Assembly (NCBI RefSeq): GCF_001194135.2
Contig: NC_068994.1
Span: 28,450,446 to 28,514,445 of the forward strand
Direction of reading: 5' to 3'
DNA from: Octopus bimaculoides
Lineage: Eukaryota
Length of the DNA stretch: 64,000 nt
The notes beneath the pieces are model-generated. The model saw only the letters and a list, made by a program, of their open reading frames with translations. It did not search any database and was not told the DNA's origin. Positions 26,474-38,979 of this stretch are shown piece by piece (the stretch's first letter is position 1; the number at the start of each line of letters is the position of its first letter). Made by a program: the position numbers and the translations under genes.

Positions 26474-26609
26474 TTGACTAATAGTGTTTCGTTAGCATAG
26501 AAAACGAACAATAAATGATAATGATTAGGCTTTTAGTGTTTCAGCATTAAATATCTTAACTATAAATAAATACACATACATTTAAGCACATAGGTACAAT
26601 ACAAGATAC
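26474..26609 (+). repeat. Copy 1 of an exact 136-bp direct duplication
   Basis: Identical to 29577-29712 on base-by-base reading. Confidence 0.92.
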
Positions 26610-28519
26610 TGCATGAGAAAGGAGAATTTGGATGGCCTATGTATCACAGGAGACTGAAAGGCTGAGATGAACTGCAACTAAACCTACATTATTCAATATA
26701 CACTTTTTTAACATGGTAAAGTGAGCTATGAAAGAGATTCAGCTGTTATTTCATGAAGGTCAAGCAACCATTAACACTTAAACAGTGGGAAAGGGTTGCA
26801 TGAATGTATGTGCCAATTGGGCAAAAAACAAAAAATATCTCAAGAGTAATTTTTATATGTACTCACTTTAAATAAGTACAAAAACTATAATAATTGTTAG
26901 TCTCTTGTACAATAACATTTACACTCTCATTAAAAAGTGTTGTAAAATATTCACTTTCCTTTGATGACAGTTGTATCCATGTAAAACTTTCGAAACATCA
27001 ATTGATAATGTTTGCTGTTTTCTATTGAAATATCAACTGATGATTTCTGCTGCTAAAGGGGTAAAAGTTTGAGTATCCATCATATTCCTTTCCAAACATA
27101 AATTACATCTTATCTTTTACTTGTTTCAGTCGTGAGACTGTGACCATGCTGGGGCACCACTCTGAAGAATTTTTTTAGCTGAATCAATCAACCCAAGTAC
27201 TTATTTTTTAAGCCTGATACTTATTCTATCAGTTTCCTTTACCAAGCCACTAAGTTATGGGGATGTAAACAGACCAACACTGGTAGTCAAGCTGTAGTAG
27301 GGGACAAACACAGATATGAAGACACACACACATATATATATATAAACAGGATGGGCTTCTTTCAGTTTTTGCCGACCATATCCACTCACAAGGTTTTGGT
27401 TGGCTTGAGGGTATAGAAGAAGACACTAGCTCAAGGTGTCACACAGTGGACAGAACTCGGAACCATGTGGTTGGGAAGCAAACTTCTTACCACAGCCACG
27501 CCTGCATATTATAAAAAGTTACAACCTATTTTTAGAGGATCTTGGATGTTGTTCACTAAACATATCTCTCAGAATTCTTGTTAATTCCAGGTAAAATAGC
27601 TACTTCAAAAGAACAGTGGTCTCTGTACTGGTTGTAGAAAAAATAGAGAAAGAACAATACATTATACGGACCCCTTAGGTGTACTAATGGACGCAGAGTA
27701 AGTTGTTTGTATTTATTCTAGCATCACTGTTGCCATTTCAGATATAACAGTATTTTATTTTAGGTCTCACTTGAACTTTGATTAGGGTTAGTAATTGTTG
27801 GAAACTTCTCTGGCCCTGAGGAAGAAAGCCAGTCTTTGTGATAGTCTTTAGTATGGTGAGGAGAGTGAGAGATCATCAGTGCTAGTGAGACCCAGCATTT
27901 GTAGCAATTATGAGTTCTGTTGCTGGTTTTTTGTTTAATCTCTAGACAGGACAATAATGTTTTTATGATTCCCAATGAGAATATACACTGATATGAAAAA
28001 CTGCTAAACATGCACACACACATATATATTTAAACATTTTGACATCTTTGTTATTATGCTTGCATGAGTCAGACAGGATTAGCTGAAGCAGCTTTTCTAT
28101 AGGTGGATGTCAATCCTGTCACCAACTCTTACTTGTTTCCTAGCAAGATGATATTCTTCCATGGCCAGACATGCTTTTCAAAAATGGCTGGAAACAAATA
28201 ACATCACTTTTATAAAAGTGATGCTTGTTTACAACCATCATGTGATGTCAAGAAAAAGGCACATGCGCGCGTGCACATACACATTCACATGCAATGGGCT
28301 TCTTCCAGTTTCTGTGTACGAAATCTATTCACATAGCTTTGATCAGTCTAGGACTATTGTGGAAGGCTCTGATCACAGGTGCTGCACAGTGGAACTGAAC
28401 CCAAGACCACACGCTTTTCAACAACACGGTCGCACCTATGCAGAGTCACAAAAATATCCTCTTTAGAAAACCAGAACTTTAAAATTCAAATTTAAATAGG
28501 CTTTAATCAAAAGACTTAC

Positions 28520-28634
28520 CATTTAGAAAAACACGAAATTTTTCTGCAGACATATTAAATACAACTGGTTTTGAGTTTCCTGTGTCTGGGTTTACGACTT
28601 TTAAACATATCTGTACATTTGGTTTGTTTACTGT
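28520..28634 (-). CDS. COMMD4: COMMD4 exon 8
   Basis: ttccag|...|gtaagt; TVNKPNVQICLKVVNPDTGNSKPVVFNMSAEKFRVFLN; 115 nt. Confidence 0.94.
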
Positions 28635-29576
28635 CTGGAAAAGAATTCAAGAATATTGAAATAACAAAAACTGACCAGCTGTTGTTATTGCATCTCCTCA
28701 TGTGCTATATCTCTCTCATACTTTAACACTAACTATTGTCTTTCATGTGGATATTGTCTGAGTAATTTATACCTTTTCTTTTTTTTTTCTGCCTCGGCCA
28801 GTATATATTATTGTATGAATGAGAAATAAGTACTAACATACCTAATCAAGTGAACAATAACATTTCAATTAAGTCACCTTTGCAATGAAAATAGAAAAAT
28901 GTAGGCAGAATAACTAATGTTAGATCTGGTCACAGCAAGGAGAGGACAAATTCAAAACCTTAATTCATTAAAATTAGAATTATGCATGCAGTGAGATGAA
29001 AACATTAGCTTCAGAAGTGATATTAATATTTAAGGTGACTTTGGCAAACATAGTGGCCAATTCTGTACATATTTGCATCTCATCAGACCTCTTTAGCAAA
29101 AGATAGCCTTAACCAGTACATGTCAGTTTTAGTGGTAGAGGATCACAGTAGAGATGTACAACAGTTGATATATCGTAACATAATGAGAAGGAAATTACAT
29201 AGGGATCCATCTGTATGAAATAATAGTTAAGTATTAACAATGTAGTGAGCAAAGAATTTCATGTCAACTAATTAAAATTTTGAAGTTGTCATCTGTTTGT
29301 TTTGACTAGATTTAATTAATATTAATCATTGAGTCTGTTTTCCTCTTTGCAACACTAATTTTAATTGAAACTTTTTTGCTTACCATATTAAATATGTTAG
29401 CACTTGTTCAACACATACGTTGTTCAACTATTGTTTTATTCAGATAGCAATGGCATTTCAATGCATCCTTCTTCATTTATTTTATGACTGTCCCACTGTT
29501 ATTTCAGTAAGTAAAGTTTACACTTCACTGATCCAGTCATAATAAAATGTAAACATGTCAAGAAATGCATTAGTCA

Positions 29577-29712
29577 TTGACTAATAGTGTTTCGTTAGCA
29601 TAGAAAACGAACAATAAATGATAATGATTAGGCTTTTAGTGTTTCAGCATTAAATATCTTAACTATAAATAAATACACATACATTTAAGCACATAGGTAC
29701 AATACAAGATAC
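29577..29712 (+). repeat. Copy 2 of an exact 136-bp direct duplication
   Basis: Identical to 26474-26609. Confidence 0.92.
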
Positions 29713-29904
29713 AAAATATAGTACTCAAATACTGAATGTAGAGTATAATAGAATTTTATTGAAGCTGGAAACACTTTACAAACCTACTCAGAGTTTCAGC
29801 ACTGTCTGAGGTTTGTTCATGTGAAACTCTGAGGAACAGTTTGTGAAGTCTTATATGTACAGGTAAACACATGCTTTAGGGCTGTCACTATCAATGTAGA
29901 TACA

Positions 29905-31150
29905 ATGTAAAAATAGGTTTCATGAGATTGTGGAGATGCTGGAGTAGAGAAGATTGGAGGTGTGCTGTGTGCAAGAACTAAAATAGAAAGGATCTTCAGC
30001 CAAGGAACAACAACACAAATTCTTCTGGGTGAGTAAATGATGGGGATGGTGTAGGCATACTGTTAACTGAGAAATATTTAGACAGAGTGACTGAGATAGT
30101 CAGAGTATGCAATAGGATGATTTAAACTATTATAAAGAACTTAACAGCAACATTTATTTTTGTATATATCCTACAGTTAGGACTGACAAACAACCAGAAG
30201 GCATTTTTCTGAGACCCTTCTGCAAACTGACCTCAATGATGATCAACAGTGACTTCATCATGCTGGTTGGTGCCTTTAACAGTCATGTTGACCAATACAA
30301 AGACAGGTTCTGTGAAGTCCATGGAAGCAATGGTTATAGTATGAAGAAGAAGGAGGGTTTAAGACTCTTGCTGCTTTTTAATGCAACCAACATAATTTGA
30401 AACACACTTTAAGAAACCAGCCAGCCATCTCATCACCTACAAATCAAGTGAGATTGGTTTCATCCTCACAAGGAAATACGAGAGGCAAACTACTGTAAAT
30501 ATGAAATCCTTTCCTGGTTAAAAATGCATTTTCCACATAAAATATTGGCTGATGATCTCAGAGTCAGAGCTAGACAGACTCAGAGAGAGAAGAACCTGTA
30601 GTTAGCTATAGGTTTAAAGAAATACTACAAGATGTAGGGAGGCAGAGCTAGATCCTTATAGCATGGATGATGACCATGAGTTCCTATGAGATAACCATCT
30701 CAGGGTTACAAATCAGACATGTGACCAAATCAAAGTTCTATCAAGATCGAATATTGTGGTGGAATGACATGGTATATAGAGTTGTAAAGAAAGTGGAAAT
30801 TGAGAGAATTACCAAGTAGCTGAAAGGGAAACTCAGGGTGAACCAGAAAGGAAGAGATGTGTACATATTATGCAATACGAGGATCACAGGTTGAGGTGTT
30901 CAGTATCACAAGAAAGTGAGTCAGAAAGAACCTAGATGTCATCAGAGAATAGTACATCCAAAATTATGAAAGCACACTTGTTGTTACTTCTAATGACATG
31001 GGAGTGCTACCATGATGAGTTGTTGAATGAGTAGAATGCATAGGATAAATAAGGTTTACCTCATGCTAACCCAACAGAAGGAGCAGCAATTCGAACTGAC
31101 AACAGTGTGATGGAAAGACAAAGTACAAGAGTCAATATAACTGACTCTTG
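29905..31150 (+). mobile_element. Old, heavily degraded RTE fragment (endonuclease and linker)
   Basis: DGDGVGILLTEKYLDRVTEIVRV at about 30038-30110; aagaaaccagccagccatctcatcacctac matches the other RTE copies. Confidence 0.7.
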
Positions 31151-31493
31151 AAATTAGTATGAAAGATAGTTGCAGTTTATGAAATGAAACTAGTAAAGGA
31201 CGAAAAAATATTCAAAACATTATATTTCAGAGTCCTTAATATTACCACATCACTTGAGAGAAATATCCAGACCAAGAAAATTTCACAGTTTAGTAGTATG
31301 TAATACAAACATATTAATGACAAATTTAATACATAGAAAGACTGATTTGAAAAAAAAATATTAGTTCAATAAATATACTTTATATTATAGTATCAACAAA
31401 CAGTCATAATATATTGAAATCCAACATTTGTAAAAAGCTGAATAATAAAAAAAAAACTTTTAAATTACTATATTATATGTCTTAATGCCTTAC

Positions 31494-31555
31494 CTTTAGT
31501 GATTTCGAACTGATAACATAATCAACCCGCCACTGAATTGAGTTCATATGTGATA
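31494..31555 (-). CDS. COMMD4: COMMD4 exon 7 (start of COMM domain)
   Basis: atttag|...|gtaagg; ISHMNSIQWRVDYVISSKSLK with the COMM-domain WRVD motif; 62 nt. Confidence 0.95.
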
Positions 31556-32858
31556 CTAAATTGAAAAAAGAAACATAAAGAATTAATATATTTGTATACT
31601 TGCTGTAAGCCTAATTTCCTCCAATAAAGGAAAAATATGTAATGATCATTATTTTTAACTTGTTTCGCTGGAGGCCATCCATGGATTTACTATCTACAAT
31701 TGTGATGAATAACCCTGGACCCTGCCATAAGTATACCTGGTATGCCAACAGAGAGCTTATGAAATATTTTGCCTGGATTGATAATCCCTCACTAATAGCT
31801 ATATATGTATGTATATCAATATCACAACAACACAAATACATACATATACACACATATATAAACACATACACACACATGCATACATACATAGCTTGCCAGC
31901 TGCGATGTAAACAACATTGATGATGTCAAAACTAAGTTGGTAACCCTCTCTCTCTCTCTCTCTCTCTCTCTCCTAAACATGAAATTTTAAAATTTCACTT
32001 CAAATCCCTTTCAATCTATCCATTTTTCTCACTCATTCATTAATAATCTTTTGTTGCCAGCAGTACTTTTCTCCTTTTAAAATGTATTAATTTTTTTTGT
32101 AATATTTATATGTATGAACTGAAATGTTTACAATGCATTATTTTTCTCTATAGTTTCTTTCATAGAATGAATATAAGTGCTGTAACATCTTATGAATGAG
32201 ACCCCAAGCAAGATTTTTTTCCTGTTAACTCACAGTGTGTGTGTCTGTCCTCACTACCATCACCACTTGACAATCAGTGCTGGTGTGTTTATGACCCCAT
32301 AACTTAGTGGTTTGGCAAGAGACCGACAAAATAAGTACCAGTCTTTAAAAAAATAAGTACTGGGGTCAATACATTCGACTAAAAATTCTTTAAGATGGTG
32401 TCCCAGTATGGCCACAATCTAGTGACTGAAACAAGTAAAAGATATATAGTTGATATTATAAGAATTTAGAAACTTTGAGAGAATGTAAAATAATTCTTTT
32501 TCAGAATGTTTTTGAACAAACAGAGTGTGTATACACATAATACCTCTTGGTAACAAGAGTATCTCTGAGTATTATCAACATAACAAGCGAGCAAAATAAA
32601 GTTCACCTTAATTGTTCTGTATAGACTATGTGTTAAGTCAGCCAGTCTTAATTTTAAAGTTTGTAAGTTAGTGGATATTAGTTGATACTTCTTCAACTAT
32701 TGTACTTAAAATGTACTTAGCAGACCCAAGTTCTTATTTTTATCTCAGCATTTTATCCTGAGAATATACTAAGTAGCACACAAGTTCTATTAATTTAATG
32801 TGTTTTAGCTAGCATACTAACTAGAATATGTGAGAACTACTAAATATTTTATACTTAC

Positions 32859-32939
32859 TTCGTAAACTTTGTTTGCGTAACTGTTCCTGAAACTTGGTTA
32901 CATTATCACCATAGAGTTTACAAAGTGGTGTAGAATGTT
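32859..32939 (-). CDS. COMMD4: COMMD4 exon 6
   Basis: ttccag|...|gtaagt; EHSTPLCKLYGDNVTKFQEQLRKQSLR; 81 nt. Confidence 0.94.
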
Positions 32940-33009
32940 CTGGAATGATATATAAGATATGTATTCAAAAATGCATTAAATAATATCTAAAACATCATCA
33001 TCACCATCA

Positions 33010-34100
33010 TTACATATAAGCTGGACGGTTTGACAGGATTCAATGTGCCCAAGGACCTTGCTGTCTTCTAGTTTCTGCTACGGCATAGTTTCTACAGCTG
33101 GATAACCTTCCTAACACCAACCACTTTAAAATATGTACTGAGGTCACCAAGCAGTTTGCAAAACTACAGGACCTGTGCTGGTGGTGATGGTGGGTGTTGT
33201 GTAAGCAAAAAAATGAGGGATTAAAGTATGAAGGAAAGGGAGAAGGGAGAGACAAATATGTTCTTGTAGAAGAGCAACATGGTTACTCACCTTTAGGAGC
33301 GAGAATGAGAATGATTAGGAGCTGCAAGTCTGGGTGTTTCCTTAATGTACAAGGTGAGTAGAAGTGTGTTGAGACAGAGTGTGAGGAAGTTGGGATTTGC
33401 AAGAGTGTACGGTGAAACCAGAGATTGGGAGATGGAAAATAGGTAACAACTTAAAGATTGGGTAAGACTGAAGGGTGGATGTAAGGAGTAAGGGATGACC
33501 AATGATGAATGAGTTGGGGAAGGCACAGGGATGTTGAAGAGAGTGGGAAAGAGCAGCAGGAAAGCAATAGTGATAGTAACGACAATACAGTTGACAGGAG
33601 AAGGATAAGGGAGAGATGACATGGTTGGGTAGGCTAAGAAGTGGGTGAGAGTGCAGGTGTAGCACATGAGGTGGTAATGAATCACTAACATGTGAGTGAG
33701 GAGAACAATAATTTAATGGATGAAGAATGTTTAACAAGTGTTAACAGGTAGCAAAATAAATAGGATGGTCTAAAAGGGGGATTTTCAGAGGAGGTTGGGC
33801 AAGATATTCATTTGTGCATATACATGCACACAGTGCTTCTAGAAGTTAGTTTCACAGAGGTGGGCAGATCTTCCTGAGAACCTAATATCACTAGACATCC
33901 TGGTCCAGAGATCAGTCTTCACTTCGTCCCACATTTTCCTGGGTCGCCTTCTTTTATAAGCTCCAACCATATTAAGCAACCAGCATTTCTTTACACAGCT
34001 GTATAACTCTTACAAGCCATTCATCTACACCTAGTTTCCTCAAAGACCACCAAATTACTAAGCATGGTACTCTGTCAAACAAATTCTCCACATCACCAAA
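33010..34100 (-). mobile_element. RTE-tail non-autonomous repeat (CT-rich body) plus RTE C-terminal fragment
   Basis: Reverse RTE-type tail at 33010-33170; purine-rich + strand; GRPRKMWDEVK-like RTE C-terminus near 33920-33950. Confidence 0.55.
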
Positions 34101-35407
34101 AGCTAAGAATAGTAGTTTATTCTTAGCCAGTTATTACTCCTGCATTGTCTTACTTGGAAGATTGCATTTGTGATGCCTCTTCTGGGAACAAAACCAAACT
34201 AGATACATTATGTCATGAATTAATTGTACTTGCTAATGATAAGAAGTATTGATACAATATTTCAGAATAGTTAAGGTGAAGAAGTCATTCATAACCTGCA
34301 AACTCATTACACACATCCCTAGAGATAAACAGATTAACTAAGGGTATTAAACAATGATCTAACTTTAAGATAGTACCAGACAAAAATGCTTCATTCTGAC
34401 TATTTGTGGAATAAATTCTGCCCTTCAGCAGTAAACTAACCTTGGGAAATATAGGAACACATTGTAATGATAATAACTATCATTGAATTGAGCACATTGC
34501 AGTGAAAAACTATACAATGATTGAGTGGAGACACTGTAATGAAACACACTATACTTTCATTAAAGGAGGCCTCCACATAGCTGTTCAAGCTGCTAGAAAT
34601 TGTAGCTAAATTTTCCTCAAATCACATACCCTCTTAGAAATGTGCATTATGTCTGAGAAAAAACAGGGGACGGTTAGGACTGAAACATCATTGAACATAG
34701 ACTTGTTTGATTAGAGTTGATCTGAAGCTACACAATGATACTACACAACCATACCTCATACTTTCACACTAAGAACCTATACATGCTTGCTCAACTTGCT
34801 AGAAATAGCAGCCAAATCTCCCTTAAATTACACCTCATTGACATTGATAATTCAGCCTTAGTCATATCATGCATGGAAAAATTGAGGACAGTCAGGCTTT
34901 TCTGGGTGGGACTGACATGGAGATGAATGACAACAACACAATACTAGACAAAACAACATTATACCAGAATATGTAAAGATTGTGTAACTGCAATATGTAA
35001 TTTTCTGTATAAAAGTGTCTATGTGGTTGAGAAATCTTGCTTCCCAACAAGGTGGTCTTGAGTTCTATTATAGCTATAGTCTTCTACTATAGCCTTGGGC
35101 CAACCAAAGCCTTGTGAGTGGATTTAGTGGACAGAAACTGAAAGAAACCCATTGTATGTGTACAGCTTGACAACTGGTGTTGGTGTGTTTACATCCTTGT
35201 AACTTAGCCATTCAGCAAAAGAGACAAATATAATAAGTACCAAGCTTTAAAAGAGTACTGCAATCAATTTGTTTGATTAAACTTCTTCAAGGCAGTGCCA
35301 GCATGGCCACCATCTAATGACCGAAGCAAATAGAAGATAAAAGAGAAATATATATATATATATAATGATGATGATGATGATGATGATGATATGTGAGTGT
35401 GAGTGTG

Positions 35408-35440
<33 letters not shown>

Positions 35441-35710
35441 ACTCTTGTCTTGACATCATGTGATGCTTGTAAAACAAGCAGTACTGTCATGCAAACAGTG
35501 TCACTTCTTTCCAATCTTCCATGAAAATATGTCTGACTATGGGGAAATGATGCCTTGTTTGGAAACTTGAAGTTTGGCAACAGGAAGGGCATCTGGCCAC
35601 AGAAAACCAACCGCAACAAATTCTGCCTAACCCATGCAAGCATAGAAAAAAATGTGAACATTAAATGGTGATGATGTTAACACAATGAGATGATTAGGCA
35701 GTGATTTTAC

Positions 35711-35830
35711 CTTTTGGCAGCCCCAGCTGTTGAAGCTCATTGGAAAGTGTATCACTATCAACATCACATTTGGCTGCACTCCTGATGATGAAATACAGCG
35801 CAGCAATACTAGCCTTGATGTCACCAATAT
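35711..35830 (-). CDS. COMMD4: COMMD4 exon 5
   Basis: tttcag|...|gtaaaa; [40 protein letters not shown]; 120 nt. Confidence 0.97.
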
Positions 35831-36054
35831 CTGAAACATGACAAAAATAAAACAGGTTTGCTGAGGAATAAGTCAAAATAATTTTTACAACTAATTGACA
35901 TACACTGTTGAATATATTCTATGAACAGTAAACACTAACTCAAAGACATTTTCTCTTAGATTATGTAATATATAATCACACCTTTTGGTAAACTAGGAGT
36001 ATCTCTCTCTATGTATGTATGCATGTGTATGTGTATATATATATTTTATATATA

Positions 36055-36100
36055 CTAGCAGAGATACCCAGTGTTGCTCGGGGATAAAATGGAACATAGT
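36055..36100 (-). mobile_element. Isolated Helitron 3' terminus
   Basis: Minus strand cccgagcaacactggg tatctctg CTAG t, the same hairpin plus CTAG layout as 17797-17825. Confidence 0.55.
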
Positions 36101-36389
36101 CTTTTATTGTTTTACATATTTTGGTCATAGAGCACCGCTTTTAGTTGAGGAAATCGACCCCAGTATTTATTCTTTGTAAGCCTACTACTTATTCTATCAG
36201 GATGTTTTGCCAAACAGCTAAGTTACAGGGACATAAACACTGCAACATCATGGCTGGCCGCTGACAAATTTTTCTGCTTTTAAAAAGAAAAAAGGATTTT
36301 ATCCTTTATATCTATACTGTTCAGTATCTATGCGTTGAATAAAATTTATCTTTCTACTTGTTCTACATATATATATATAAATATATATA

Positions 36390-37260
36390 TATTTACACAT
36401 TTAATTTCTATGCTTCATGGTGGCATGGATTGGATGATTTGACAGGACCCAGTGGGTTCAAGGATTGCAGTATACTTCAGTGTCCACTAGATATGGGTTC
36501 TACATCTGGATGCCCTTCCTAGCACCAACCAAATTACAGAATGTACTAGGTGATTTGTTTGTGGCACCAGCACTAATGAGGTCACTATGTCACTTGAAAG
36601 ATTATAAAACCTGAAGGCGGCAGCTTTTTCCAAGGAGATAACAGGTCAAAGTATATGAGAATCTGCGAAAGTAATCAACTAGACATGGAAAGAGATAGAA
36701 ATAGTGATGATGTCTGGGTAGAGCCTCGATGTTTAAGGTGAATGAATGATGTTTAAGGTGAGTGGATGTTGCTTGCATGAGTGTATGAACAAGTGAGATG
36801 GGAAATGAGTGGAGGGAGGTAGGCAATGACAGTACAATTGGGTAGGTTGAAGGTTAGATATAGTGAATGACGAATAGGGGTGGCAATGACCAAAGAAGCA
36901 TGATTTGGGGGAAGTAAGGGGGAATAGGAGACAGTGGACAGTGAAGAAAAATGTGGAGGGTGAGCAGCAGAATAGAGATGACGATAAGGTAGATGGAGGA
37001 AGGATGAGAGGGAAATGACATAAGGATGAATAGGTTGCAATACTATGTAGGGGTGAGAAGGAAAGCAGGTATGAGACATGGGGGAATGAGACATGTGATG
37101 GTGGAGAAGGGAAAGATAATTTAGTGGTTCACTTGGGTGGAGTGGTCAATGTAAGGTGTAGGTGAAGAGAACAGTATTAATGGACAAAAGTGAAATGATT
37201 CTTGGAGAGTGAGATAAATATATGGTGCCAAGGAAGAGCTCCAGTTAGATGATAGGCAAT
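36390..37260 (-). mobile_element. RTE-tail non-autonomous repeat with CT-rich body
   Basis: Same architecture as the 33010-33760 repeat (tail motif ggatgcccttcctagcaccaacc, purine-rich + strand). Confidence 0.5.
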
Positions 37261-38254
37261 GGGGGGGGGGGCTGAAAAGGAAGTTGAGCAAAGCATCCAG
37301 TTTGGCCACGCAGAAATATTACCTGGCTTGGAAACAGGTAAGTAAAAGGAAGGGCATTTGGTTGTAGAAAATCTGCCTCAATGAATTCAGTTTCACCTAT
37401 GCAAGTGTAGCAAGTCGTAAAAGGTGGCAATATGATGTAATGGTCGTTTGCCCGAACAAGCATAATTGTTGGTAATCCCAATGGTTAAAATTACTGCCCA
37501 TATACGAATTGTAAACTTTTGTCAAAGAAATCTTTCACGAAATACGGTTCTTAGAATTTGGATATGAGCAATTATAAAAACCCTGATTTTTGGGAAATTA
37601 CTCAGTGATCGTAGGATGTTACTAAACTCCACAACACTCATAATAGTGATAGTTGGATGTTACTAAACTCCACGACACTCACTCCTTGAGATATTGGCTA
37701 TATTCTATGCCATGTCTATGACTTAAATCCAACAAGACTTATTTGAATTGTTGTGAACTCGAGTAGTTAGTATGAAGGATTAGCTAGTGTGAATTTTAAG
37801 TCATAATTCTCTACGACAAAATAACTTTACTTTCCAATTGTACTATAAATGCTAAATGTACATAAATAAACTAATGTAGTAATTATTTTCTCTTTCTTCA
37901 CGTTCTTCAACTTGTTAATGAAATTTATTTCTGCAATTATGAAACTGTGTATTTTTTTATAGCGGTTAAAAGAACATGAAATTATTTATCTTCAACATAC
38001 ATGCATGCATAAAATGTCCGTTAGCGTTTCAGAGTATATATTTCTTGCTATGGCGTTTATGTAGCTGGAGTCAGGATTTATGTATAATGATAACACTTAT
38101 AAGTAAGTTATAAGTGACATGTTTATCAATATATATTCTTACTTCAAAAGTAAAATATATTTATTATCTATTTCCAAATAGGAAACATATAAAGGTAGTG
38201 TTACACAAGCAGTAACCAAACCGGCTATAAAACAAGCATGGAATAGTGGATGTT

Positions 38255-38451
38255 TAATCCTTTAGCATTTAAACCAGCCATGCCCAGCCCAAATAGTCTA
38301 CCTGTACCATGTTCAGACTAGCCATATCCATCATCTAAAAATAAACAATTTCCATTTTGAAAAATCTCTAAGCTACAAAATAATACAATAAATAATTATT
38401 AAAAATGATTAAATATGCATTACATTTAACAGAGTAGTCTGAATGCTAAAC
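38255..38451. mobile_element. TTAA/CCCTTT-type MITE (piggyBac-like termini)
   Basis: Left tttaatcctttagcattt, right gtctgaatgctaaa: degenerate inverted termini. Confidence 0.5.
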
Positions 38452-38544
38452 AATGATTTAAATGAAAGATATTTATGAATACATACCCGCACACTATGAA
38501 ATGATAGTCAATACTGACTTTGAAACTGTTTTGCTTACTACCAA

Positions 38545-38930
38545 TTATCATCCTTTAATATTTGTTTTCCTTGCTGGCATGGGTTGGATGGTTTGACCAG
38601 AGCTGGTAAGCCATACCAGGTTCCAATCTGATTTGGTTTGGTTTCTATGCCAACCATTCTACAGTGTGCACTGGGTGCTTTTAACATTCCACCGACACAA
38701 ATGCTCTTACATGGCAGTGGCATGAGTGCTTTTTATGTGGCACCAACACAGGACTCTTGTAGGCCAATCTTCTTCACCAGGGGATGTGTCCTTAAAGATT
38801 TCTGCTGTGGAGGATGGGTCTTCATGAGTACAGCAAGGTGCCGAGCATCGTGATCCTTTGTTATCTTGTCTGAAAGATTCAATGTTCTGAGGTCGTCCTT
38901 ATCTATTTTAGCCATCATGGCTAAGGCCAT
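38545..38930 (-). mobile_element. RTE 3'-end fragment with tail
   Basis: Reverse complement of the RTE C-terminus (DDLRTLNL...HLAVLMKT) plus the catgccagcaaggaaaac tail. Confidence 0.75.
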
Positions 38931-38979
38931 GCAGGGGTGCTAATAGCTTATTGTAGTGAGTTTTCCATTAATTTCTTTC

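Noticed and set aside
33293-33737. 130-aa His/Pro/Ser/Leu-rich ORFs (also 36753-37094)
   Set aside because: Open frames arise from the CT-rich strand of a non-autonomous repeat; no domain signal
37614-37681. Two 27-bp direct repeats (ggatgttactaaactccacracactca) with a 14-bp spacer
   Set aside because: Only two units; a simple local tandem duplication inside a probable old repeat
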